A stretch of DNA of 64,000 nucleotides from Ranitomeya imitator (Eukaryota), in NCBI RefSeq assembly GCF_032444005.1, contig NC_091282.1, positions 1,025,356,001 to 1,025,420,000 of the forward strand, read 5' to 3'. The position numbers were made by a program, and so were the translations under genes. The notes beneath the pieces are model-generated. The model was not told the DNA's origin, did no database searches, and worked only from the letters and a program-made list of their open reading frames with translations. Positions 1-10,880 of this stretch are shown here, in pieces (the first letter of the stretch is position 1; every line of letters begins with the position of its first letter).

Positions 1-2443
1 TTTTAGTTGCCAATACTCTGCCCCACCATGAGAGGTCTTTTGTACCGAGGAAACCCAGGTCTTTGTTTATATTTTCCAAGAGTTTGTTCAAGTTTTTCTT
101 CATTAATGTGTCTAAGTTTTTTGAAATGATTATACCTAGATAGTCTAGGTCTCCTTCCGACCAACTGAATGAAACTATATCTTTTATTTTCTTTGTTTCT
201 AATTCCGTCAAGTAAAATGGCAATATTTTGGATTTATTTTCGTTTATCTTAAAAAGGGTAATAGTTGAAAAAAATTGAAGGGTTTTTTGTAGCTCCGAAA
301 CTGATTCATAGGGGTCCGTCAGGGTAAACATCATGTCGTCGGCAAAGAGCCCTATCTTATAATGGCGTGTTCGCGTTTGTAGACCTTTTATGGAATTATT
401 TTGCCTAATTGATTGCGCTAGTGGTTCCATTGATAAAATAAAAAGCAGCGGAGATAAAGGGCACCCTTGTCTTGTACCATTTGAAATGTTAAATGGTGTA
501 GAGGAGTAGTTGTTTGCATAAATTTTGGCTGTTGGTTTTGAATAGAGTGCCATTACGCTGTTGATATATTTTTCATTAAACCCAAATTTTTGAAGTACTG
601 ATGTTAAATAAAGCCAGTTTAATCGGTCAAAAGCCTTTTCGGCGTCTAGAGTAATAATTACAGATGGCACTTTAGAGGAATGAATCAATTTAATTGAGTT
701 GATAAGTCTTCTAGTACCATCTGACGCTTGACGACCTGTTATAAAACCCATTTGGTCCCCATGAACCAATAACGGCAAATAGGATTTGAGCCTATTTGCA
801 ATTAGCTTGGAGTAAATTTTCAGATCTGTATTGATTAAGGAAATTGGCCTGTAATTATTAACAAGGGTTAAGTCCGAATTGTGTTTGGGAATTAAAATAA
901 TTGTCGATTCTAACATTTCTGCTGGGAATTTACCTGAGGAACTAGCTATATTAAAAAGGTTTTGTAGATGTGGGGAGAGTAATTTGGTGAAGGTTTTATA
1001 ATATTCGTTTCCAAAACCATCAGGGCCTGGCGATTTAAAGTCCTTGAGTTGAAGAATGGTTCTTTCTATTTCTTCTAGGGAAAAAGGGGAGGTTAGGTTT
1101 TCTAAATCATGAAGGGTCAATTTTGGAAGGCTAATTGAGGTCAAGAATTTTTCAATGTCAGAAACATTTGGAAGTGGGGTGGAGGGCTGGGAATGTAAAT
1201 TATATAATTTGCTGTAATAATCTGCGAAGGAGTTGGCTATATCTTGGGGATGAGATACCATTGTACCATTTTTTGTTTGTATTTTGGTGATCCTGTTTGC
1301 TTGTCTTATTTTTTTCATTCTATTAATCATGTAACGCGTTGGCTTATTAATTGAGGAATATTGCTTCATTTTGGAAATTTTGACCATGGTGTGGAATGAT
1401 GAAAATATGATTTTCTTAAGCTCCTGTCTGAGGTTCAGTAGCTCTATTTTAATTTGAGTAGACGGGGGGTTTAAACTTAGTTGTTCGTTTTCTTTGTCTT
1501 TTATTTTATTTTGAATGTCTTCAATCTGAAATCTAAGCAACCTTTTCCTTTTTGCAGAGATTTGGATCATGATACCCCTCATGACTGCCTTATGGGCACA
1601 CCAATGGGTGAAAGGGGATGTTTCAGTAGGTGAATTCTCTGTGAAATAATTTGTTAGTGATTTTTCTAATATTGATCTATGGTCAGGGTGGTGTAGTAGG
1701 TTAGCGTCACATTTCCATAGTGAATTTTTATTAACAGAGTGGCCAATTTGGATTTCTGCTGAAACTGGGGAGTGGTCCGAGAATGTTTTCCTTTCGATTG
1801 TGATTCTATAGATTTTAGGGAGCGTAAAAATGTCCGATAAGATTAAATCAATTCGTGACGCTGATTGATGAGGGTCAGAGAAATGGGTGTATTCAATTGA
1901 AGTGGTGTTTAGACACCGAAAGATGTCAAATAATTCATTTTGGTGTATCCAATTGTCTAAAGTATGTGGTCGGTATCTATTTGGGGTGGAGGAATCCATA
2001 TTTGCATTTGGTACCAAATTAAAGTCTCCCAACCAAATCATGGCACCTCTCTTGATTGACATTACTTTTTTATTTACTTTGTTCAGAAAACCTATTTGAC
2101 CTGTGTTGGGGGCGTAAATATTGATGATTGTGCAAATCTGGTTATTCAAGGAACAAACAAGAATATGAAACCTCCCTTTAGCATCTTTGATCTCCTCTAG
2201 AAATTCAAATGAGATAGTTCCTTTAACGATTGTGACCACACCGGCTTTCTTTTTTGTGTTGTCCGACTTGTAAATATGTGGGAAATTTTTATGCGAAAAT
2301 TTTGGGTTGTCTGAGTGTTTAAATTTGGATTCCTGTAAACAAATTATATCGGCATGGCTTTTGGATAGTTCTCTCCAAAGGGTGTGTCTTTTGTGTGGAC
2401 TATTTAAGCCTCTAACATTGTAAGATAATATCTTTAAACTCAT
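1..2443 (-). CDS. L1 ORF2p (APE endonuclease + reverse transcriptase), 3'-partial; 814 codons with no stop
   Basis: Hand translation from ATG 2443: MSLKILSYNVRGLN..CLQES..NIYAPN..GDFN..SRIDLI..SDHSP (EN), then KSPGPDG, YRPISLINTD, LDAEKAFD, RQGCPLSP, LFADD, YLGI (RT). Not in ORF track, presumably because it runs off the edge. Confidence 0.95.
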   Translation of the reverse strand, partial: MSLKILSYNVRGLNSPHKRHTLWRELSKSHADIICLQESKFKHSDNPKFSHKNFPHIYKSDNTKKKAGVVTIVKGTISFEFLEEIKDAKGRFHILVCSLNNQICTIINIYAPNTGQIGFLNKVNKKVMSIKRGAMIWLGDFNLVPNANMDSSTPNRYRPHTLDNWIHQNELFDIFRCLNTTSIEYTHFSDPHQSASRIDLILSDIFTLPKIYRITIERKTFSDHSPVSAEIQIGHSVNKNSLWKCDANLLHHPDHRSILEKSLTNYFTENSPTETSPFTHWCAHKAVMRGIMIQISAKRKRLLRFQIEDIQNKIKDKENEQLSLNPPSTQIKIELLNLRQELKKIIFSSFHTMVKISKMKQYSSINKPTRYMINRMKKIRQANRITKIQTKNGTMVSHPQDIANSFADYYSKLYNLHSQPSTPLPNVSDIEKFLTSISLPKLTLHDLENLTSPFSLEEIERTILQLKDFKSPGPDGFGNEYYKTFTKLLSPHLQNLFNIASSSGKFPAEMLESTIILIPKHNSDLTLVNNYRPISLINTDLKIYSKLIANRLKSYLPLLVHGDQMGFITGRQASDGTRRLINSIKLIHSSKVPSVIITLDAEKAFDRLNWLYLTSVLQKFGFNEKYINSVMALYSKPTAKIYANNYSSTPFNISNGTRQGCPLSPLLFILSMEPLAQSIRQNNSIKGLQTRTRHYKIGLFADDMMFTLTDPYESVSELQKTLQFFSTITLFKINENKSKILPFYLTELETKKIKDIVSFSWSEGDLDYLGIIISKNLDTLMKKNLNKLLENINKDLGFLGTKDLSWWGRVLATK

Positions 2444-2724
2444 TGTGTAGCAGCAAACCTGTGAGGATTAAGAAATCAATATACGTTAAGTAAGAGTAAG
2501 AACAATAAACAATAAACTGTAATGTCCACTTGAAGTGGTCCACTACGGTGAACCTGACTTCACCTGTTGGGGGAAAAGTTCGTGTTACTAGCTCCCAAGC
2601 AACACCTTCTTGGTTGTTGAACTTATACCCATGTAACATTAACAAGAACGACCAAAATTAGGTATTAGCTTCTTATCGGGATAGTTTCCCATTTAAGTAA
2701 ACAATAAACTTGAACAAAAACTCT

Positions 2725-3897
2725 TCATGTTTTACCATCAGAGTCAAGGCGATCTTTATGTCGTGGTTGAAGAGGAATACTGATGGAGTGCAAGAAGTCT
2801 CTGCCTTCTTCTGGAGAATTAAGAACGATAAAGTTGCCTTTGTAGTTGACTATTAACTTGAGTGGGAATCCCCACTTATAGGAGATTTCATTGTCCCTGA
2901 GAGGTATGGTAATGCTTTGAAAAGTTTTCCTCCCTTCAATCGTTTCTTTGGAGAGGTCAGCATATATTTTTAGTTTTTCAAATGGCTCAGGGAAATGTTT
3001 ATTTTCTCTAAAGTAATTTTGGATTCTTTCTTTTGTTTTGAAGAAGTGCACTCTCATGAGTGTGTCTCTGGGTAGGTCTTTAGGGATGGTGGACGGTTTT
3101 CGCAGCCTATGTATTCTGTCAATTTCTAGCTCTTGCTCTGTTAGGGAGGGAATAATTTTCCTGAATAATTTTTTGGTAAATTCCTCCAGTTTGTTTGGGC
3201 CTATGGTCTCGGGGATGCCCCTAATTTTAATATTGTTTCTGCGATTTCGATCTTCTAAATCCGCTACTTTGAGCTTCAGCTTGTGCAACTCTTTTGTGAT
3301 GTCTTTATTTATTTTAGAGGTTAGATCTGGCCTCTCTTCTATTTTTTTAATTCTGTCCTCAAACCCGTCCATCCTTTTGCTGAGGAGGGACAATGAGTCT
3401 TCTAGTAATTTATTTTGTTTATCAAATTTTTCATTCATACCATTTTCGAATTTGTCCATTTTCTCTGTCAATTTAGATATAAGAATCCCCACAGAATTCA
3501 GATCAAATCCCTGGGTATCGTCTATGTTTGGGTTACTTATTTTTTGCTTGGATTTAGCTGGACTCAAGTTAGGAGAGGTTTCTGAGACCTCGTCAGATGG
3601 GTCATGTGGAGTAGTGTATTTTTCGGCTATAACCTCTGGAATTTTCCTCTTTAAAGAGGTAGATGAATCCATCTCTATAATAGTAGTGGGGGAGGATTGT
3701 TTTACTTCATTTTGGTTAGAGAGTTTTTCGTGGTCTGAATCTTCCTCATCTTTTAGTGGGGACCTGGACCTATTGGGACTTGTTTTAGTTATCAAGTCTT
3801 TTGATGTGTTTCGCCCTACCCCTTTAAATTTTGGGGCTTTTTGAGAATTAGATAAGGCCATGTTTGAGAATTGGGGTTTGGCCGAGGATTTACTCAT
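2725..3897 (-). CDS. L1 ORF1p (coiled coil + RRM + CTD), 390 aa
   Basis: Coiled-coil heptads followed by DLEDRNRRNNIKIRGIPE, DRIHR and WGFPLKL, typical of vertebrate L1 ORF1; directly upstream of ORF2. Confidence 0.95.
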   Translation of the reverse strand: MSKSSAKPQFSNMALSNSQKAPKFKGVGRNTSKDLITKTSPNRSRSPLKDEEDSDHEKLSNQNEVKQSSPTTIIEMDSSTSLKRKIPEVIAEKYTTPHDPSDEVSETSPNLSPAKSKQKISNPNIDDTQGFDLNSVGILISKLTEKMDKFENGMNEKFDKQNKLLEDSLSLLSKRMDGFEDRIKKIEERPDLTSKINKDITKELHKLKLKVADLEDRNRRNNIKIRGIPETIGPNKLEEFTKKLFRKIIPSLTEQELEIDRIHRLRKPSTIPKDLPRDTLMRVHFFKTKERIQNYFRENKHFPEPFEKLKIYADLSKETIEGRKTFQSITIPLRDNEISYKWGFPLKLIVNYKGNFIVLNSPEEGRDFLHSISIPLQPRHKDRLDSDGKT

Positions 3898-5213
3898 AAT
3901 TTTCCCCGATCCGTGCTCTAGAATTCAGATAGTAGTAACTAAGACAGTCACAGAATAGGGTAGGAGGGTTGCCCACACTCTAAATCTCCCAGCAAAGTTG
4001 GAGTTATATAGAATGATTTATATGTTGTCGTGGAAGAATTTTATGGAGGATTAATCAGAATTCTCTTCTGGTAACTCTGAAGTAAGAGACAAAGGGTTGC
4101 TTATTAGAATGACCCTAAGAATATAATTTAGAAGAGAGAAGGTACTATATAGGCAGGCAGTAGTTATGACTATGCAGAGATGCAGAGGGGTGTGTAAACT
4201 AATACTATTCACCTGGGTTTGAGCCTACCAGAGAAATTAGGTTATAGCTCTTTTGCATTAAAAGCCCTTCAGGCTCCTAACTAGTCGTCAGCAGGATTAG
4301 TTGTGTTGTAGTCTCCTCTTCTTGCTAGTGGATCTGGCAGGGTCTTCAAAGCCAACGGCTGGAACTCACCGCCTCCAGAAATGGCGCTGAAGCAGTCCGG
4401 CCGGCTGTCTAAGTCCTCAGCTTGTGTTGCCGCGTTGTCGTCTTCCGGTGCAGGGACTTTCCCAGCCAGGAGCTGGAACTTACCGCCGATTAGATTTGCA
4501 GCTGATCGGGTCCAGCTTGGGTTGTCCAGCGCAGCTTTAACAGGAGTCGGTCGTGTGTGTCGCCTGGTCCGCCGCTGGCCACCAATAAAATGACGGCGTC
4601 TTCTGTTTTCTCCTATGATGCGAAGTCCAGGGGAGTGTTGGAGGTGGCGAGAAGCGCTGTCTGTCACTTCACCGGATCCTCCCTGAATCCTTAATTGTTC
4701 TTTTCTGCCTCCGCCTTTCAGACCGGGGAGGCTTGGTGCTGTATAGAGATGGGCAGGTAAATACTCCTATTGTGTCAGATTTTCTAAGATGGCGCCTGGA
4801 GAGCTGGTACTTCTCTAATTAGCCGGGCCGGTGTCAGGGTGAAGGTAATAAACTCTGTGACCCGTTAATTTTGAGGGTTCTTCTGTTGTCAGGTGGGTTG
4901 TCACAGTACTGGGTGGACAAGTTGAGGAATCACAGTCAATTTAACAGGGAGAAAACCAGCAGGAAAAACAGCTGAGGATTCCTGTCACAAAGATTGACAG
5001 GCCTCAAAATGCTGACAGGAATTTCTCTCAGAAGAGACAATTAAGTCACAAATTTAGGCTCTCTGTTATCCTTGAGAGATACTGGGAACATATCCTCGAT
5101 TATTTTTACCAAAGGATGCTGTTTTTCCACGGTTTGAGTTGATTTCAGACGATGTCACTCAGGAGCTTAGGCACCGCACACCTTACACCATTGCTGCCTA
5201 GGCCACGCCCCCC
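3898..5213 (-). promoter_or_regulatory. L1 5'UTR / presumed internal Pol II promoter
   Basis: Lies between the L1 5' end and the ORF1 ATG; CpG-retaining GC-rich core ~4330-4830. Promoter function inferred from L1 biology. Confidence 0.6.
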
Positions 5214-5978
5214 AATTTTTCATTTTTTCAAAGAAATTTACAAAATTTATTTTTTTAGGGACTTATCCATGTTTGAAGTGACTTTAGGGGTCCCATATAT
5301 TGGGAAACCCACAAACGTGATACCATTTTAAAAACAGCACCCCTAAACATATTGAAAACTGCTGTTAGGTAGTTTATTAACCCTTCAGGTGCTTTACAGG
5401 GATTAATGCAAAGTGGTATGACAGAAATGAAAATGTGTATTTTTACCACCTAAATGTTGCTAACTTCTAAACAGATTACTACAGCCGTCAGACCCTAAGG
5501 CCACTATTTGGTCATGAATTGCCATCGCAAACATCAGGACAACAAAATCATGATCTGAGGGCACCAATTGTGACAAAGAAGAAGCCCCCACACTCTGTTA
5601 ACCATTTATAATGATGTAGTCACTATTGACAGCAGCATCTAAGGGGTTAAACAGATTTAGATGGTGCAAATACTGATCGTGGCTGATACAGCAAGTTGTC
5701 AGCTATAGTGCACAACCGACAGATGCTGGATTGTCATCTGTATGGGGAGGCTATTCTCTTATATCTCAGGTCAGTTAAAACAGAGGTCCCCAACTCCAGT
5801 CCTCAAGGCCCACCAACAGGTCATGTTTTCAGGATTTCCTTTGCATTGCACAGGTGATGCAATTATTACCTGGGCAAGACTAAGGAAATCCTGAAAACAT
5901 GACATGTTGGTGGGCCTTGAGGACTGGAGTTGGGGACCCCTGAGTTAAAAGACGTATTGGCGGTCATTAAGGGGTTAA
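5214..5978. mobile_element. piggyBac-like non-autonomous element remnant (right end), interrupted by the L1 and a hAT MITE
   Basis: Ends in GGTCATTAAGGGG-TTAA, the reverse complement of a TTAA-CCCCTT terminus; the left end is not visible. Confidence 0.45.
5781..5942. mobile_element. hAT-type MITE, 162 bp
   Basis: Near-palindromic, CAG(A/G)GGTCCCCAAC TIRs; perfect 8-bp TSD AGTTAAAA (5773-5780 / 5943-5950). Confidence 0.9.
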
Positions 5979-5984
5979 GCTATG

Positions 5985-6468
5985 GTAAACTACAAACAAT
6001 AAACTGTCACTCACAAAATAACTACAAATCAAATTTTATTACAGCATTAATATTAAGTATTGAACAAAATCCCATTAAAGTATGTGGGGAGCATCACACA
6101 AAAGACATTTTATGGAAAGCGCATCACATATGGGTAAAATATAATGATCAGTGTTGTACAGTAAGTAAAGTGACGGTGAATTAGACACATGGTATTGATA
6201 CAGGTAAAATAGTGGTATATAGATATAAAAACATGTAAATAATATGGCAAGATAAAATAGCATAACATTAACTCAATACAAACAACCAATGTAAAGTTAC
6301 CAAGTGCATGAAGAGAGTCTGACCAGAAGACAGAACACCCCAGAACCCCAATGTACGTTTCGCCTTAGACTTCTCAAGGAGTACACACATATTTTAAAGA
6401 CATTTTGTTGAATATAATGTAATAAAATTGAATTTGTAGTTATCTTTGACTATTTATTCTTTGTAGGT
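5985..6468 (-). mobile_element. Old Penelope-like pLTR remnant with inverted 3' copy
   Basis: 6385-6468 is a degenerate inverted copy of ~5985-6100 (shared TGTAATAAAATT..ATTTGTAGTTAT); hammerhead relic at 6346-6381. Confidence 0.55.
6346..6381 (-). ncRNA. Degenerate minimal hammerhead ribozyme (U3:A8 core variant)
   Basis: Minus strand ACTCC-TTGAGAA-GTC TAA GGC-GAAA-CGTACA-TT-GGGGT: 5-bp stem I (one G.U), 3-bp stem II; stem III reads as CpG-decayed CGCGCG. Confidence 0.5.
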
Positions 6469-6943
6469 TTCCATTGTCAGTTTGCGGACTTTCCCAGGAG
6501 GAGTCCTATATGGAAGCTGTTTATGGCAGTCTGTGGTACAGACTTTCACATTACATTACAGTTTGAGGGTTCACGATGTAGAATAATCTTGGGAAAAGTC
6601 ATTATGAGTAATAACATTATTGGGAAATTGCTATTGATGTAATTTAAGTTGTCATTCAGCAAATCATGGGGCAGATTTATTGCCCCATGTACAAAAGTGG
6701 ATTTTAATTAATAGATAATGAAAAACTAAAGTAGTTCCACAAATGGATGTGTTTAAAAAAAGTGCTTTGATAAATTCATCCAGGTGCTTCTACTGTATCC
6801 TGTGTAACCAGCTAAGCGCGGCCATGTAGAGATGTACAGCTGATGGTCATACATTGTATTGATGCCACAGGAAGAGGCTGATATAGCTGCTTCATTGTGT
6901 GAGTTTACTCCTTGTCCTACACATTTGTTTCATGGAAGGAGCG

Positions 6944-7297
6944 AGTGTATCTGCTGCGTCACCGATCCTGTGAGCTCATCATGAGTCAAACCAGTGAAGT
7001 ACGAGATCAATGGCCGGACACCTAATCTGAGCACACAGCTTATCATTACAGTGAACGCTGAGGCCTCACTCAGTCTTAGCATGAAGCAGAAAGTCAAAAG
7101 TCCAATGCAGTAGCATGTATGCTTGGTCCTTAGATGAAAGGAACAAGCAGGGAGAAGGCTAACGTCGTTCACTCTAGGGCGAAGCGACAGCTCAGCTTTT
7201 TTTGTAATGATAAGCAGTGTGCTCAGATTAGGTGTCTCGTACGTTCCAGGTTTGATTTGTGATGAGGTTACATAAACGGTTAAACAGCAGATACACT
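6944..7297. repeat. Imperfect fold-back with ~110-bp arms, class unclear
   Basis: AGTGTATCTGCTG / CAGCAGATACACT at the ends; inner GACACCTAATCTGAGCACAC(A/T)GCTTATCATTACA match (7017-7050 vs 7203-7237). Confidence 0.7.
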
Positions 7298-7439
7298 AAA
7301 TAATTTGATAAAACAAAGGGACAGGGGCGTACATTGAAATCATGGGGTCCCATAGCAGATGTCTTAATTGCCCCCTCACCCCCCCCAAAAAAAGAACAGT
7401 AGGATCACAGAAGAGCTTCTCACAACTATGCAACCCTTA

Positions 7440-7788
7440 GGCTAGGTTCAGATTGCGTTAGTGCAATCCGTTTTGCGCCTAGCGCTAGCGGATTGCGCTA
7501 ACGCAATGTGTTGTAAAGGGGTTGCGTTAAACGTCCCCGCTCTCACAGATCTCCAATCTGCGAGAGCGGGGAACGGACCGCGGGCGCGCCTCAGACGCTG
7601 CAAGCAGCGTCTGCGGCGCGCCACAAAACACCGGCACATCGCTAGCGCGTGCCAAAAATCGCACGCGCTAGTGATGCGCGTCCCCATTGCTGTTAATGGG
7701 CGCGCTAACGGACGCGTTGCATGGCGTTAATTTCGCCGTGCAACGCTGTCTGTTAGCGCGGTCCCATTAACGCAATGGGAACCTAGCC
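7440..7788. mobile_element. PIF/Harbinger-type MITE
   Basis: TIR GGCTAGGTTC / GAACCTAGCC, flanked by 3-bp TTA TSD. Confidence 0.85.
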
Positions 7789-7791
7789 TTA

Positions 7792-8216
7792 TACTGCGAC
7801 GCAGCAGCGATCCTGACAACGATACGACCTGTCAGGGATCGCTGCTGCGTCGCTATGTGGTCACTGGTGAGATGTCAAACAGTGCGATCTCCCCGACGGC
7901 GCAGTAGCGATGCGGCGACCTGTACAACGATGTCACATGGCAGCTATTTCATGACGATTCAGACCTCAATGAGGGATTTCATGTCAACGAGGTCGTTGGT
8001 AAGGTGTCAAACACAGCGATGTGTGCTACCCAGCGGGACCTCAACGATCAAAAAATGGTCCAGGCCATTCCGACACGATCAGCGATCTCACAGCAGGGGC
8101 CTGGTCGCTGCTACGTGTCACACAAAGCGAGATCGCTACTGAGGTCGCTGTTGCGTCACAAAACTTGTGACTCAGCAGCGATCTCGCTAGCGATCTCGCT
8201 ATGTGTGACGGGGGCT
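7792..8216. mobile_element. Truncated Harbinger-like MITE (GTCACAC-terminus family)
   Basis: Right end GTGTGACGGGGGCT-TTA; internal AGCGATCTCGCT palindromes related to the 9994-10719 element; left end missing. Confidence 0.6.
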
Positions 8217-8960
8217 TTAGAGTTCCCATGCACTAAGATACCCTTTCCATGGCCACCATAAAGTATGATGCCAAAAATGATGCCCCCAAACACAGTAAGA
8301 TACCCAAACAATGAATTCCTCCACATACACGGTATGATGAACCTACAACATCCCACCCCCACAAAGTGTGATACCCCCACAGTGGCCCCAACACATTGTA
8401 TACTGGCCCTAGACAGCCCTTCTCTCAATCTTGTGCACTACATGCACTTTTTATTTTTTTCCCCATAGTTCTGTATTGGATATTATCTAATTATCTCATT
8501 GGATGATTTTGAATACACTAGGAGTGTAATAGTCACATTACACACTAAACTTTTGTTTCACTTTATCCACCATAATTTGATTCGCTTTTCTTAATCTGTA
8601 TACTTGTCGTACACATTGTAATAATTTAATTGATCATGTCTCTTTTGAGATAAAGCTTTTCGGTATAAATTTTTTAGCCTATTTTTAGGTATTTTTATCA
8701 CCTTTAGTAAATTAGTATTCATTCTCAGGATATCATAGAAACATTTCAAGGTATTTTGTCTGAATTGTTTTTTTTCTTCTCTGACTGAATTTGCCTTCAC
8801 TTTGATCTTTATCACCTTATATAGGACAGAATGATGTAATGAAATGTTCACAGTAAAGGATGATATATTAATGGATTATTCATTATTATATCCTCAATAT
8901 ATCACAATTGTGTGTGAATGACCCGAAGTACTCTGTTTCTGTCACCCATAATCCTCCCTT

Positions 8961-9351
8961 ACAGACACAAAAAGAGGACTTCAAAGATGCTCCAAAAATT
9001 AGAAAAAAGTCACAGAGAAAAAAGCAGATATGATTACCTGCTCAGGCCTCCAAAACAAATGCACTGGCAGGGCGGAGCGGACCCGATTAATGATGGCTGA
9101 AACACAAGTGCAACAATACCGATGAAACAACCACTTTCAATCCACACAGGCCACATACGGACTAGTATCTTTTATCTTTTTGTGCACTAAAATACCAAAC
9201 AGCCAACACTGGATTGAAAGTGGTTGTTTCATCGGTATTGTTGCACCTGTGTTTCAGCCATCATTATTCGGGTCCGCTCCACCCTGCCAGTGCATTTGTT
9301 TTGGAGGCCTGAGCAGGTAATCATCTCTGCATTTTTCTCTGTGACTTTTTT
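8961..9351. mobile_element. Penelope-like inverted (head-to-head) insertion
   Basis: 141-bp inverted arms 9003-9143 / 9211-9351; 15-bp TSD CCATAATCCTCCCTT (8946-8960 / 9352-9366). Confidence 0.65.
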
Positions 9352-9400
9352 CCATAATCCTCCCTTCTATAAAGGCTTCATGGATCTCATGTAGCGTTAA

Positions 9401-9889
9401 AGGGAACCTGTCACCACCAAAATCGAATGTGAGCTAAGCCCACCGGCATCAGTGGCTTTTCATTCTGCGATGCTGTAGATAAGCCCCCGATGTATCCTGA
9501 AAAATGAGAAAAAGAGGTTAGATTATACTCACCTGGGCCAATCCGATGGGCGTCGCGGTCCGGTCCGGGGCCTCTCTGACCTTTCCCTGCGCACTGCAGT
9601 ACTTTGCTCTGCCCTCAACAGGGCAGACAAACTACGCCTGCGCCGGAGCCACAGCATGAAGACAAGAAGAGGACATCATCGTAAGAAGATGGGAGGCCCC
9701 GGACCGGACTGCGATGCCCATCGGACCGGACTGCAGCGGGACTGCCCCTGGGTGAGTATAATCTAACCTCTTTTTTTCATCTTTCAGGATACATTGGGGG
9801 CTTATTTACAGCATTCCAGAATACTGTAGATAAGCCCCTGATGCCGGTGGGCTTAGCTCACCTTCAATTTTGGGTGTGACAGGCTCCCT
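9401..9889. mobile_element. T2/Kolobok-type MITE (TTAA target)
   Basis: TTAA-AGGGAACCTGTCAC ... GTGACAGGCTCCCT-TTAA; same family as 51842-52353 in opposite orientation. Confidence 0.85.
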
Positions 9890-9993
9890 TTAATGATATT
9901 CAACACCGTTGTAAATGTACGTAGTACGGAGACTCAGCACCTGGGTGTAGCACAGTGGGCTTCCATTGATGGCCAAGCCCCATAGTTATCTTA

Positions 9994-10719
9994 GGGTACC
10001 GTCACACATAATGATATCGTTGCTTTTTGTGACGTAGCAGCAATATAGTTAACTAAATCGTTATGTGTGACAGCGACCAACGATCAGGCCCCTGCTGGGA
10101 GATCGTTGGTCGCTGGGGAAAGTCCAGCACTTTATTTTGTCGCTGGATCTCCCGCTGACATCGCTGAATCGGCGTGTGTGACGCCGATTCAGCGATGTCG
10201 TCACTGGTAACCAGGGTAAACATCGGGTTACTAAGTGCAGGGCCGCGCTTAGTAACCCGATGTTTACCCTGGTTACCGTTGTAAATGTAAAAAAACAAAC
10301 ACTACATACTTACATTCCCGGTGTCTGGTCAGGTCCTTCGCCTTCAGTTTCCCGCACTGACTGGTGAGCGCCGGCCAGCTGTAAAGCACAGCACAGCGGT
10401 GACGTCACCGCTGTGCTTTACGGCCGGCGCTCAGTCAGTGCTGGAAGCTGACGGAGAGGGACCTGACCAGACACCGGGAATGTAAGTATGTAGTGTTTGT
10501 TTTTTTACATTTACAACGGTAACCAGGGTAAACATCGGGTTACTAAGCGCGGCCCTGCGCTTAGTAACCCGATGTTTACCCTGGTTACCCGGGGACTTCA
10601 GGATCGTTGGTCGCTGGAGAGCTGTCTGTGTGACAGCTCTCCAGCGGCCAAACAGCGACGCTGCAGCGATCGACATCGTTGTCGGTATCGCTGCAGCGTC
10701 GCTTAGTGTGATGGTACCT
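9994..10719. mobile_element. Harbinger-like MITE
   Basis: TIR (A/G)GGTACCGTCACAC, TTA TSD; internal palindromes GGTAACCAGGGTAAACATCGGGTTACTAAG. Confidence 0.8.
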
Positions 10720-10880
10720 TTATTGAAACAAATGACAATATATGCCCCACCCAGTGCTCTGAGGCGTCGAGCAGTGGATTATGGGCACCTGACATCAGAC
10801 ACCAGGCTAGGGATGCTTGCTTCCATGATGGCAGCATCATGTGGGCGTATATCACCTGAGGTAATTAGGACTATGTTTAA

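Larger units (their letters stand above)
1..5213 (-). mobile_element. LINE-1 (L1 clade) retrotransposon, 5'-complete, 3' end outside window
   Basis: 5' end GGGGGGCGTGGCC at 5213, preceded by A-rich target-like AAAAAATGAAAAATT; ~1.3 kb 5'UTR; ORF1; 281-bp spacer; ORF2 with EN and RT motifs. Confidence 0.96.

Noticed and set aside
3038-3844. 268-aa plus-strand ORF
   Set aside because: Antisense shadow of L1 ORF1; no independent motif.
4281-4667. 128-aa ORF in the L1 5'UTR
   Set aside because: GTG start in GC-rich sequence, no recognisable domain; expected by chance.
8591-8851. Lys-rich ORF loosely resembling a PLE RT C-terminal region
   Set aside because: Resemblance is from memory only and has no diagnostic motif; needs an HMM search.
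10053-10706. Duplicated ORF peptides (NQGKHRVTKRGPALSNPMFTLVT) on both strands
   Set aside because: Artefact of the palindromic MITE.
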